From the human T2T-CHM13v2.0 reference genome, Homo sapiens, in NCBI RefSeq assembly GCF_009914755.1, contig NC_060930.1: a stretch of DNA of 64,000 nt, one strand, 5' to 3'. The notes beneath the pieces are model-generated. The model saw only the letters and a list, made by a program, of their open reading frames with translations, was not told the DNA's origin and did no database searches. This document shows, piece by piece, positions 1 to 17,614 of this stretch (the stretch's first letter is position 1; each line of letters begins with the position of its first letter). Both the position numbers and the translations under genes were made by a program.

Positions 1-21
1 GTTTTTTTTCAGATATGTGGG

Positions 22-92
22 TTTTTTTTGTTTGTTTGAGACAGAGTCTTGCTCTGTCACCCAGGATGGAGTGCAGTGGTGTGATTTTGGCT
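22..92 (-). mobile_element. Alu 3'-end fragment
   Basis: T-rich tail followed by gagacagagtcttgctctgtcacccaggatggagtgcagtgg, the antisense Alu 3' end; similarity stops after about 55 nt. Confidence 0.85.
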
Positions 93-99
93 CTTTCTG

Positions 100-1065
100 T
101 TATTGCAAAATAACAAATATTAATTTTGATGAAGTCCAATTTATCATCTCTTAAAATTTTATGGCTCATGATTTTGATATCATATCTCAGAAATATTTGC
201 TTAATCTGAGAACATGAAGTTTCTATCTTTGCTTCCAAAAGTTTTATATTTTCAAGTAGTATATTTTAAGTCTGTTTCATTTTAAGTTAATATTTGTATA
301 TGGTGTGAGGTGTGTATCAAAGTTTTTGTCATTGCATTGTTTTGTTTTGTTTTGTGTTATGGTTTGAGTGTGTCCCTCAAATTTCATGTTTTAGAAACAT
401 AATCCCCAAATTTCTGTGTTGATTGGGGGTGAGGCCATTGGGAGGTAATTAGGATTGCATAAGGTCATGAAGGTGGGGCCTCCATGATGGGACTGGTGGC
501 TTTACAAAAAGAGGGAGACCTGAGCTGATACACACTCTCGCTCTCATGCCTTATGTGATGCCCTCTGCCATGTTATCATGCACTAAGAAGGCCCTCACCA
601 GTTGCCAGTGCCATACTTTTGAACCTTGCAGATTCCATAAATGTAAAAAATAATATTTTGAAATAGATACTCACTATGGTATTTTGTTGGAGCAACAGAA
701 TACAAAGTAAGACATTTTACTTGTTTTTTTTATTTTCTTTTGGCATAATTTTATTCACTCGTTTAGTACTATTTGTTGAAAGATTATCCTTTATCCACTA
801 AATTGCCTCTGTACCGTTGTTGAAAATCACTCGGCATATGTGAAAACCTGTTTTTGAGTTCTGTACCATTAACTGATTTGTGTATCTTTATGCCTCACTA
901 TTTTGATTAATATAGTTTCTAGTTTGCTGAGAGTTTAAATTGGAAATGACTATGAGATTTCATCCAGTCCTTTTTATGAATATTTGCAGGGTATATACAT
1001 TTTTTTAAATTTAAACTCTTGTTATGGTGCAATGCATTAATTGATTTTCAAATTTTGAACCATTG
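100..1065 (-). mobile_element. Old L1M (L1ME/MD-type) ORF2/3' fragments, interrupted by a MaLR LTR
   Basis: Antisense L1M-like text: taattttgatgaagtccaatttatc, atttgtatatggtgtgagg, tttgttgaaagattatcctttatccac. Confidence 0.7.
355..714 (+). mobile_element. ERVL-MaLR solo LTR (MLT1A/MST-like)
   Basis: Termini tgttatggtttgagtgtgtccc...gcaacagaatacaaagtaagaca (TG...CA), MaLR core gggaggtaattagg...gtcatgaaggtggggcc, near-TSD ttttg/tttta. Confidence 0.85.
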
Positions 1066-2689
1066 TACTCTGGAGAAAAGAATGCAAATGATATTCTTCC
1101 GTTAGCAAAGAATTACTTTAGTGAAATATGGTTAATTGTGTTCATATAACTGAAGCTCAGCAGGGTGTGTGCCTACCTTATACTATTTAAAATAAATTTG
1201 AGGGCATTTTGAATACTTTTGACTTTGCTTTATTATTTATAGCAACTAAGTACTAAAAATGCAGATCAACATGGTTAACAAGTTTGCTACCTGAAACAAC
1301 AATTTCGAATAGATGTATATGTATTCTATTCAATCTAGTTAAAACTATTGTTGTTTTATACCCTACAGAGAATTTCGTTAATTATCCCTAAAATTTTTGT
1401 AACACAGATTCAATTTAGGCAATATGTTTCATAGTTCTGCTGTTCTGCTAAAGACAAATACAGAAATTATAATCAGAAGGCTTAATCAGCTGTGGCAAAG
1501 TACAAATGAGGCAAAACCATAGTACGTTTATTTCATTATCTAAATTTGCAAACTTTGCCTCAACGTTTAAAGAAAAACAACCCAATTAAATCAGATGAAG
1601 GATAAACAGACTTCTCAGCAGAGATACTTCAACTGAGCTAGTATAATATGCTGCCCATTATAAAGTAGTCTCTTACAGATATTGATTACATTATTCTTTT
1701 CTACTGTTGTAACTGAGTTAGAAAAATATAATTCAGCATCTTATACTCTCTGTAAAGAAATATTTTTTCATTCCATTTGTGTCCTCCAGATAATGCAATA
1801 GTATGTCTATTATAAGAGTATTTTATTATTTTTGTTATTTCTTTTTTAAAAAGACCTCATCAATTAATAGTTAATCATAATTGATTTATACATCTGAGAA
1901 AACAGAATAGTTTAATTGGAATGTTGGCATATGGCACAACAAAGTTTTACTATCATTTATGTAGCCATTATAAAGTGATTTTTGGATTGTTAGACTTACA
2001 AATTTAAAAAATGCAATCAATGAGTGTGAGAATGGTAAAATAAGGGTTTCATTAAAAAATTAATGTAAGTTATTTTAATGAATTATCCTTTTCTTGAGAA
2101 AGATTTTCATAAACCTTATTAAGTAGTTGAATCAGGAAATATGATTACTGAGCAGCTGCAATTCAGAAAATTAGGTGAGTGCTCAGGTTCTTGAACCAGT
2201 GTGTGATGGGTTAGGGCAGATGAATTGAAAACTTCTCAGAATCAGGGTCCTGACTCAGGAGAAGGGGAAAGCAGGAAGCAGAAAGAAGGGGCAGGCCCTG
2301 AGCATCCTATACCCTTGGCTGAGACATGTTTTCATCTCATTCCTTCCAGGCCTGCTAAACTGTTAACCTACCACCCAACAGAGCTCTTTTGTAGACTAGT
2401 AATTCTATCTAAGCTCTCACTGGTAATTAAATGCAGAATTAGAATAGAGAAGAAAAAGTCAATATTTACAAAGAATAGCAGTGATATGCTAATTAATATT
2501 GGGTCATATCTGAGGATATTTATGGGAATGAGTTTTGAGGTGGCTCAACTAAGGAAATGTGAACATATTTTAGATGAGAATAAGTGCTTCCATAAGTGTT
2601 TTAATCATAGAGGCTACATTCAATGTGTTAGTTCTAATGAGCATGAATTATAACAATGGTCTAGGTTGTTGTGCAAACTTAAACCTATT

Positions 2690-2870
2690 ATTGAACCATG
2701 TGAAAGCAGATTATCCATCAGAAATCTACTGGTATGATATAGAAGCAGGAATTCAAAGGCTTCAGGGCATGGAAAGACAGAACAGGTCTCATTTTGAGTA
2801 TGGCATGCATCTCCTAATTATGACCATTGAGAGGATTCCAAAGAACTTCCTCTTAACAAAAATTTAAGAA
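2690..2870 (+). mobile_element. ERVL/MaLR internal (gag-like) relic
   Basis: tggtatgatatagaagcaggaattcaaaggcttcaggg (WYDIEAGIQRLQG) resembles the ERVL/MLT-int gag motif W-Y-x-V-E-E-G-I-Q-R-L. Confidence 0.55.
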
Positions 2871-2979
2871 ATCATTTATTTGTTAAAAGAAATACATCCT
2901 CTTTCCAATGGAAATGCAGACGGGAGACAAATTACTTAAAGAAAGCTCTCTGGTCTCCAAAAGAACAGGATCCTTCTGA

Positions 2980-3497
2980 GCATTCTACTAAATGCCCTGT
3001 GAATTGTAAGGTGTTTCCTCTGGCTGGTGGGAATGGGAACTAATCTGTATACTGTTGGCTCAAATCTTTTTGTCTGTTTCCTTCCCCAGCCTCAGGTAGC
3101 TTCCTCGTATACCTGTGCTGAACAGTGCTGTCCTGAACACTCGTGAGGGCTCTTCTGCAGGTCTAGGGAGCTGTTTCTCCATGCAGCTCTCTCCTCTCCT
3201 ATCCGCTGCCCTGGGAACTCTAGTCTGGTCTCCACGGACTCTCCACAAAAATCTCCATCCCTTCCACTTGTGCTCTCCGTTCCTGCCCTGTGGTCTGGAA
3301 ACTCTCAAAGCAATAAACGAGAGCACTCAAAGGACACACCTCATTTGCTTCTCATTTCTAAGAGCTCACATTCCTTCATTGCCTGATGTGCAGTGTCTTG
3401 AAACCTGTTTCATATATTTTATCAAGTTTTTTTTTAGTTGTTTTTCAGGTGGGAGAGTAAATTGGTCCCTATCACTCTATCTCAGAAGCCGAAGTCT
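2980..3497 (-). mobile_element. L1ME-type 5' end
   Basis: Ends in tttcatatatttt...gttgtttttcaggtgggagagtaaattggtccct...gaagtc, the antisense start of L1MEc/L1MD-type 5' UTRs. Confidence 0.7.
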
Positions 3498-3754
3498 CCA
3501 CAGTTTACTTAAAAGTGTGTAAACTTCCAAGTATATGGAATTGTCCAGATACCTTTCTATTATTGGTTCCTAGTTTAATTACCTTTTGGTCTCTGAACAC
3601 CTTCTGTGGTTTCCTTTATTTTAAATTGCTAAGGTTTAAAAGTTTGTTTTGTGGCCCACTTTATGGAATATTGTCTATCTTGGTGAACTTTCCATGTACA
3701 TTGCAAAGAATGTATATTCTGCTGTTGTTGGCTGGACTGTTCTGTAAATCTCAG

Positions 3755-4654
3755 CGTATTAGTCAGGGTTATCCAGAGAAACAGAACCAATAGGAGATAT
3801 TTATATACATAGTTGGATCACATAACTGTGGGGCTGACATGTCTGAAATTCACAGGGCAGGCTGCAGGCTGGAAGTTCTGGCAAGAGCTGATATTGTAGT
3901 TTGGGAGGCACAATTCCTACCAGTTCCAGGGGCTTTCAACTAATTGGATAGGGCCCATCTACATTACGGAAGATAATTTGCTTTACCCAAAGTCTACTGG
4001 CTTAAATGTTAATCAATCTAAGATCTACCTTCATAGCAATATCTACACTGGTATTTGACCAACATCTGGGTGTCATCACCTAGCCGAATAGACACATAAA
4101 ATTAACCATCACTGTTAGCGGTGGAAGACATCCAAGTTATCCAAAGTTACCTGTGGTGCATCTGTGTGAGTTGGCAGCAACTCCAGTCCTTGCCTCCTCA
4201 GAAGAAAGAATTTGACTGAGGGGCATAAAGCAGAAGAAGAGACTGCCGCAAGTTTCAGGGCAGGAATGAAAATTTATTAAAAGGCTTTAGAACAGTAAGG
4301 AAAGAAAAGAAGGAAAGTACAACTTGAAAGTACAAGAGGTCAAGCTGTGCACTTGGTTTCTCAAGGGCCAGGCAGGCAACTTGAGAAGTCAAGTGCATAG
4401 CCTGACCTCTTGACTTGGGGTTCTATAGGTTGGCATAACTCCGGGATCTTATTGGGAAGCTGCTGATCAGTTTCGAGTGTTTTCTACCTATTAGGAGACT
4501 GCCTTTCTGTGGTGCCAGCCATGACCAATTATTACTTTAGAGAAACGGTTAACAACCGCCTGACCATCACCTGATGGTTGCCCAACACTCCTGGTGTGTG
4601 TGTTGTGGGGAGCCCTCTCCTGCCTTGCTCCAGGCTACCTACTGTAACATCACA
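3755..4654 (-). mobile_element. MLT2 (ERVL) solo LTR, interrupted at its terminus by MER50
   Basis: cgtattagtcagggttatccagagaaacagaaccaatagga...gacacataaaattaaccatcac[insert]a; 5-bp TSD ctcag/gtcag. Confidence 0.85.
4113..4649 (-). mobile_element. MER50-family ERV1 solo LTR
   Basis: tgttagcgg...cttgcctcctcagaagaaagaatttgactgaggggcataaagcagaag...ctacctactgtaaca; exact 4-bp TSD tcac (4109-4112 / 4650-4653). Confidence 0.85.
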
Positions 4655-5338
4655 GTCAGGTCCAGTTGGCCTATGATGTTCATGACTGCTAAATGCTTGC
4701 TAATTTTGTCTTTTTGTCCTACCAATTACTGATAGAGAAGAGTCTCCAAATATAATTGTGCTTTGAATATTTCTTCTTCAGCTTTATTAATTTTACCTCA
4801 TGTTTTTTGAACTTCTGTTTTAGGGACGTACACTGAGGACATTTATGGTTTTTGGTGAACTTACTCTTTCATCATTTTATAATGCTCCTCCCTCGTAATT
4901 TTCCTTATTCTGAAATTTACTTTGATCTTAAAATTACGGTAGCAGTTTTCTTATAATTTGTGTTTGTATCGTGTATCTTTTTACATCCTTTTATTTTTAA
5001 CCTATTCAAATCATTGTATTTAAAGTGATTGTATTGGAGATAGCATATAATTGATTTTTGCCCCAATCTGATAATTCCTGTATTTTAATAGGAGTTATTT
5101 TTGATGTAGTTAGATTTATGCCTACCATTTTATTGTTGGTTTTATGTTTGTCTGCTCTGTTTTTTTGCTTTGTTTTGACTTTCTGTTGAATTATTGAATA
5201 TATTCATTATGACATTATAATTTATATATTGTTTTTGCCTCCTTCTCTTCGTACTATTTTTAATGGTGTCTTTGTGATGATCATCCCCTTTCACAGTGGA
5301 ATAAAAGCTAATATTTTACCACCTTTAAGAAAAATCAT

Positions 5339-8960
<3,622 letters not shown>

Positions 8961-10197
8961 GCTCCTGGAATCAGTAATGTGCTGGTTTTCAGGAGTTAAA
9001 AAATTATTGACTCGGGTATATCCTAGTGAACTGACAAAGATACATTGTTTTAAATATATAAAAACTATTAAGAAACTATATTCTTAATGCCAAAAGCAGT
9101 AATGCAGATACTAATTAGCATTGTATTTAGGAAAACCACTCATGCATTTGAGACTAAAATTCTAATCTGTTACATCAACATACATGACTTTCTAAAGCTC
9201 TCCTGGTTTTTTTTCTCCCCAGGAGAATCTTTCTGCCTAGGCATATTCAATCCTCAGTTGTATCCAAGATTCCTGTGTCAGAAAAAAACAACAGCTCACC
9301 ATCTTCAGCTCACTTAGGAAGGGTCTGCCCTTCTCAGCTATGTTATTTTATCTAGTTATTGATTCCAAAATTTCCTGATTTCTTAAATATATGTTTTTTA
9401 TATATAATGGTAATGGTATTGGTTTTGAGGCACATTGTGACCTTTCAGATAAGGGAAACACACAGCCAGCTGCATAATCACCCCAGGACTTGACTGGGAG
9501 CCCTTTTCAGAGAACAGCATACGAAGAAAGTCACTGAACTGGACAAAACAATCTCATTGAGCCAATGAAGGAAAGATCAGAATTCCTGGCTGCTTACTTG
9601 TTTGGAATTTTCCAGAAACAAGGCCCTATAGAGACATGGCATCCAGAAGGCTGCATATGGATCCCTCATGATTCATCTGCCGCAGGTTCTGAGACTGCAC
9701 ATGTGCAGTGTGTGACTCTGTGAGGCCTACAGTAGACTGCTGTGGAGATGAAAGTTCTGCAGAGGCAGCAGAGGTCTTCAGAGCCAGGGAACAAGGAGGT
9801 TCTGGCTTACCCCAAGCGAAGAGACCTCCTTGATTCCCTTGGACATGCCACTAAGATTGCAGAATACTCCCATATTAGGGTCAAGACCATGACCTAGAGT
9901 AAAAGACAGACCTTAGGACAAAAGACTAAACTTAAGTAAACTAGACCTAAAAGAAGTAACTCCAAACCTGACAGAATCGAGTAGATCAATACATAATTTA
10001 AATTCCAGGAAAAAAATTAACAAATCTTTACAAAGAAGTAAACATCATCCAGAACTGATACAACATATCATTCACAGTATCTAGAAAGTAATCATACAAC
10101 TGCCAGACTTGTGAGAGTGAAAATATGACTCATCATCAAGAAATATAGTAGTCAACAGCAGCCACAAGATAACCCACATAGTAAAATTGTCAGTGAC

Positions 10198-10335
10198 AGA
10201 ATTTACATATATATGTAAATTCTCTCTATATATTCTCTCTCTATATAAATTCTATATGTATATATTCTATATATGTAAATTCTCTCTATATTCTCTATAT
10301 GTAAATATATACATATTATATATGTATATGTATAA
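10198..10335. repeat. TA/TC-rich low-complexity repeat starting with a 26-bp palindrome
   Basis: agaatttacatat|atatgtaaattct, then repeated atatgtaaattctctctata units. Confidence 0.9.
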
Positions 10336-11666
10336 TATCTGAAATGAAAAGTTCATAAGGGACTTAAGCAGAATTTGAAGGCTGCTAAATAAAGAGTGAA
10401 TTATTTCTATGATAGGTAAACATAAATCATTCAATCTGAAGAAAAACGTTGAAAAAACACACATTTCTACATTAGCTTTTGGAAAAGTGTCAAGCATTCC
10501 ATACACAAGTAATTGGAGTCCTTACAGGAGAGTAGAGAAAAAGTACTGAAGAAACAATATTAGAAGAAATATGGATGAAAATATTCTAATTTGGTTAAAA
10601 AAACCCATCAACATGCAGACGCAAGGGCTCAGCAAAACTCAAGCATGTTAAATACAAAGCAAGCCATGCCTACATCCAAATCAAACTGCTGAAAATCAAA
10701 CAACAAGAGCAAATCTTAAAAACAGACAGAATAAGACACTTCACACAGGACAATACTGATAATAATTTCCCTGGTGTGGCTTTGGAAATAAAGACCTCCA
10801 GAAGGAGTGAAGTAATATGTTTAAAGTGTTAGAAGGAAAGAAAATGTAAATCCCATATTCTACATCCAGCAGAAGAATCCTTTAAAAATCATGAAGAAAC
10901 AAAAGTAGAGAGTTTTCATTCCCAATTTACCTGCACTATAGAGAATGTTAATAGGAGCTCTTCTTGAGGTGAAATGACACCAGATAGCAACTCAGGTACA
11001 CAGGAAGGAATAAGAAACAGCATATAAAATAAGTACATGGATAAATGTGAAAGACAGCTTTTTCTTTTTAATTTCTTTAATTGCCAACTAACTGTAAAAA
11101 GATAATTATGTAATTTTGTTGTGGAATTTATAATACTTCTAGATGTAAAACATATGACAATAACATAAAGGGCAGGATACATGTGAAAGAAATTTTGCTA
11201 TTACATACTTATCATATAATATTAATTCCAAGTAGTTTACAAGAAGTGATAATGAATTGTTTAACCCTTAGGGTGAGAATTAGAGAATAGTTCAAAGATC
11301 AGAAGCAATTAGGAAATAAATTGAAACATTAAAATATATTCAATTAGCCAAAGGGACTACAGAAAACAGATGAGATATGCAGGAAACAAACAGCAAGGTA
11401 GTAGATTTAAACCCAACTATACATAATTTATTACATCAAATGCAAACCTACTAAAAATTACATATGAAAGGAGATTGGCTGGATAAATATCAAAACTCAG
11501 TTATATACAATCTAACAGAAGAACACACTAAATGTAAAGACGTTGCAAGTAAAGGGATAAATATGAATATATACACGTTAAACTCATAGTTATAATGTGC
11601 ATTCTAATATCAGACAAAGTAGTCTATAAGACAAGGAATAATACCATAGATAAAATGAGAAAATAA

Positions 11667-12002
<336 letters not shown>

Positions 12003-12574
12003 TCATCAGGATATCATAAGAATTTTTAGTGTGTATGAAGACAGTTCTTCAGAATGTAAACTGAAACAAAAATAAAAATTTAAAAAAAGAATAAAGGAGA
12101 AATATACAAAATGAAATCTCTCCTGGATATTTTAAATTTCTATATGTATAATTGCTGGAACACATATATGAAATAAATCACAGAAATACAAAAGATTTGA
12201 GCAATGCTACTAATCAAATTGATCTAACTTTCAAATATAAAATATGATTCAAAATGACTGAAGTATACATATTCTCTTGCTGTACACATAAAAAAACACT
12301 GAAATAGATTGCATGGTGATCTATAAAATAAGTTTCAATACATTTTAAAATGAAATTGTATGCAAAATGTTCTTTGATCACAATTTACTTGTTAAAAATC
12401 AATAGCAATAAGGTGTGTAGAAAATCTACAAATATTTGATCAATTTAAACAACACACTTCTGAATGACACATGCCTAGTTTGCTCTCTGATATCTTCAAA
12501 TTGTTTTTTTCTGCCAAATTTTATTTAGCTTTTATAGTTGTTTTCAGATAGAAGACTCATCTAATAGAAAATAT

Positions 12575-13050
<476 letters not shown>

Positions 13051-14839
13051 ACTAATTGTCTACCCTAAACTAAACTACACATGTAGAACACTACTTTGTC
13101 TGCGATTTATCATAGACCTGCACTCATACTTCATAGATGGTAAATTATTCCTATTTATCTAAATCACTTGGAGTGGTGGCTTGGCCTTCACCAAAGGAAA
13201 CAGAAGGCAGAGAAAGAACAAACTTGTAGGACGCAACGATTTTCACAAAAGTCACCACAAAAGGATAGTGATTTCTACTACAACCTGCCCTTAGTATGTC
13301 CCCATGCATTGATGCCCACCCTGGGAAAATGTGGATTCAGAATGTTTAGGTTATCACACTAGCTACAATCATCTAAGAGAGAGTTCATAGTACTCACGAA
13401 ATTTCAAGTTCATAGACTTAATAAAATCTCTATTCTTTACAATCCAGTTCCATTCCCTTTGGATCTCATCCCTGACCCACTATTAAAATCTATTCCAAAT
13501 CTCTCTCTAGAAATTTGTCCAAGGAGGAGAAAGAGATCTTTTGCTTCACTCCTAATTATAGATTATCTTTTGTAAATCGTCGATTTTCTATTATCATTAG
13601 CATAAGGAGGAGGCCTAATAGAGGCAATTGGCAATGTGGCTTTATGCAGTTCAGTCTCAGACCCTCTACGCTGACTCTTCAGTGCATGAAAGGCAAGCCC
13701 ACTGCAGTCTCCCCACCTTATCTTATTTGCTTGTCCTAGTGTAGCCCTTGACTTGATGGGTGCAGCATACTTTATCTTTATTAACTAAATCTAATATCTT
13801 TCCCTTCTTCAGTATATAGAGTTTCCTTCTCATCAATACCACCAAAGAGGAACCATATTTTGTAAGTCTTTGCATCCCACACAGAGACCTAGCACATAGT
13901 AGATGGTCTTTCCTAAAATCACTTTTGAACATTTACTATACTGGGTTTTTGAACAGAAATTTTCACCAAAGCTCAGAATACCTGTATACATATAAAATAA
14001 AATGATTGATGCAAACACAAAAATACTCCATCATAAACAGAATCAGGAAGTCCAGCATATTTTCTAAAATCCTAAAATTGTAAAACCGTAGAATGATTTA
14101 GATGCTTAAACCATATAAAGAATGATGACTATATTTAATTGCATGTTTGTTTCTCCTATGTTTTCCTTTGTGAAATCACTAAGTTCTAAAAACTCTGTAG
14201 AAAAGTGATTTCAGCTTTATATTTACATTGGTAACTCAAGGTTAAAAATGCATTTCCACATTTGTAATATCTACAGAACCTATGACTATATATAGCTACT
14301 GCCTCCTCTAATAATAAATAAAACAGTCATATATTGAGTAGTATCTGTCAGATTGCAATTGTAAGACAGCCTCCTTGAAATTGACTTATTCTCATGGACA
14401 TCTGATTAATTTATTTACTTCTATTTCTTCTGCAATACTATTCAATACTATCTTTAGTGTTTAATAATTCATTACCAGCTGCTCAGAAGCTATTGATTAA
14501 AAATTGGATTTGGAGGTTACCCCATGAAAAGCAAAGGTATGTTCAGATATCTTAATATGTAAAATAATATATGTTCATAAATTCTAGACTCTTTAAATTG
14601 GCTATTCTGTTTCTTGAAGCAAAAGTATACTGATATAATGTTAATTATGATTATTATAAGTATGACTAAATGTGAGAAAAAGATGAGCTAAATTGTTATA
14701 TCTACACAACAGACCCAAGAGAATCAATTAATTAACATATTTCAAAATAAATTGGGGAAATTATTATAACTTGTAGAAGCATATTGCAAAGTTTTACACA
14801 TTCACATGTAATGTTACTCACTACATGTGTATGTGTAAT

Positions 14840-14953
14840 TATGAGGACAGAAATCATATGTTTTTTGTTAATCATTAAATACCCAGCCACCCTGGACAAC
14901 AAAGCTGGAAAACACTTAGAAATATTTGTTGGATGAATGAATGAATGAATGAG
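14840..14953 (+). mobile_element. L2 3' end
   Basis: aaatatttgttggatgaatgaatgaatgaatga terminal (TGAA)n. Confidence 0.75.
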
Positions 14954-15184
14954 CAGCAAAGCTTTAGAGTTGTTTGAATGCTCAGCCAGAGAAAGTCTGG
15001 ACACTGAGACCCTGTACCTTTATGCTTGCAGAGGGGCCCACATTTCCCCAGAAAGTGATGGCACTTCAGCTGTGCTGAGAGACTGCAAAGCTCCCCAATC
15101 CTGCACCAGGCAACAGATGCCCCCATAAGAGCTGTCTCTACCCCTGCTTCTCACAGCCAGGCCAATAACAAGAGTTCAATCCCA

Positions 15185-15990
15185 ACATAACTGAGGAAGG
15201 TTCTGAGCCTGATAAAAAGGGTGGAGATTATACATCTCAAGGGCTGCAAGATTATCCAGCATGTGCTGGCAGAAGCCAAACTCCTGTGATTGGAATTTGA
15301 GTGTGCCTGATCAGAGGTCAGACTATAAGACAGATAAGCAACAATACATTGACATAGAGATCCTGTTTTCAGAGCGCATGATTTAATATACTGGTAAGAA
15401 GCCCAGGAAATGAAGCAAACGCACTGTTAGAGTTACCTATACAAGTCTGGAATAAATGGCAGCCAACTCCCAGTGAAGTACAAATGCTTGAGTTGCCCCA
15501 ACAGACAGTAGAGGATGAGTAAAGAGGCAGAGGGAAATGTGCATGCTGGAATGGATATATATATAGTACACAAGGCCAGAAGGTCCACCAGAGGTTTATG
15601 TTCTAAGGAAAGGTCCAAAAGACACACCATTCACCAAGGCCATAGGGAAGGCACTGGAAACAGGGGAATCAGGTGCATTAAATTCAGAGGGAGCTCACCT
15701 GTGCAAGCTGAAGATAAGACACATTAGGCAATCACAGAGCTGGGCTCATTAATATCCAGAGGCAGGTGAGGTCTCAAAGAAATAGAAGCCAGGTGGTGAT
15801 GGTACTTACCTACTGGGAGCTAAGAGTTCTCATTACCACAGTGAATGGCAAGTTCTGGAGGTGCAGCCAAAGGGCTTGGCCCACAAAGAGCTGTGGTGGT
15901 TCATAGAGAATGGTGTTCCTTGGGGAAGAACAGATCAGCAGCTAACACGGAAGAACAGAGCAGCAAAAGGCTGAGGGTGGTCACTACATA
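15185..15990 (+). mobile_element. MLT1-int / ERVL-MaLR internal gag-like relic
   Basis: ggtccaaaagacacaccattcaccaaggccatag (GPKDTPFTKAI), catgctggaatggatatat and cacagagctgggctcattaata match MaLR-internal motifs. Confidence 0.7.
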
Positions 15991-16648
15991 AGCTCTGCTT
16001 CTAAGACCCCTAGACGCTGCATGAATGGGCTTCAGTACCTCTCTAACCTACTCTTCAATTTTATTCAAGCATTATATGTCAGCATACACTTAGAAGGGTT
16101 AAGGCATGAGGGCCCCTTATGAGGTTGTATCAAAGACATACCTAACCATAAAAATGAGCAGTGGTTAATGAATATTTCACTAACAAACCTAATACTGAAA
16201 ATAATGCTAATGCTAATAAGCTAATACTGAAAAACTGGAATTTTTCTAATTTTGTCCCTTACACCAAAAAATAACACAAGGTTATGTTTGGCTATTAATA
16301 TTGAGTAATGCTTTTCTGGAGGTGCTAGTCAAGAAATTGAAAATACAACTTAAAAGAGGAATAACTATGTTTTATAAATAAGAGACAAATGTAATACAGG
16401 TGACAGAAGAAGTATAATTATTATTTGAAGACGATGTAATTATCTATCTGAAATATTCAAGAGAATTAACTGGTAGAACAATGAGAAGGTTTAGTAAGTT
16501 AGCCAGATAATATACACTTGCTCTTTATAGACTTTATATTTTTAACATGGCTACTTTTCTAATTCAGATCACCTCAACTCAAATAAACACATTTGTTAGA
16601 ATTATTATAAGTCTTTCACCTGTTATGACTTTCTAACTTGCTATTTAA

Positions 16649-16970
<322 letters not shown>

Positions 16971-17296
16971 TAACTTTTTATTCTGGGTAAATATTAAACA
17001 TTAATAAATACCACTTTGGTATGTATTAAGTTAATCAAATGTAATAGTATATTTGCTCTCCTTTGAATTTTTATTATTATAAATACCATATGATGATCAA
17101 TTTGTGAATTCCTAGAATAAATTAATTGGATTAATTTGGAATAAATTAATTATTCAATTTATTGCTGGTTCTACTTATTTTAAGTAAGGGTGAGTTGAAA
17201 TATTCTTCATCTTAACTATATTTTTCAGATTTCAGTATCATTATGATGATGACTATATAAAACAATTTGCTATTTTTAATTTTTTCTTTTGACCAA

Positions 17297-17607
17297 TTTT
17301 TTTTTTTTTTTTTTTTTTTTTGAGATGGAGTCTTGCTCTCTCACTCAGGCTGGAGTGCAGGGGTGAGATCTCGGCTTACTGCAACCTCTGCCCCCACCGG
17401 GCTCAAGCAATTCTCTTGCCTTAGCCTCCCAAGTAGCTGGGATTATATAAGCACCCACCACCACAACCAGCTAATTTTTCTATTTGTAGTAGAGACAGGG
17501 TTTTGTCACGTTGGCCAGGCTGGTTTCGAACTCCCGACCTGAAGTGAACTGCCCACCTTAGTCTCCCAAAGTGCTGGGATTACAGTTGTGAGCCACCATG
17601 CCCGGCC
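17297..17607 (-). mobile_element. AluS (Sz/Sx-like)
   Basis: Poly-T followed by full antisense dimer ending gagccaccatgcccggcc. Confidence 0.95.
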
Positions 17608-17614
17608 CTCTTGG

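Larger units (their letters stand above)
3510..5260 (-). mobile_element. Old L1M ORF2 (endonuclease-proximal) fragment, split by MLT2 and MER50
   Basis: aagaatgtatattctgctgttgttgg...ctgtaaatctcag resumes as gtcaggtccagttgg after the LTR block. Confidence 0.75.

Noticed and set aside
2225-2653. 142-aa ORF and nearby AG|GTGAGT donor at about 2175
   Set aside because: Non-ATG start, no homology recognised and no paired acceptor.
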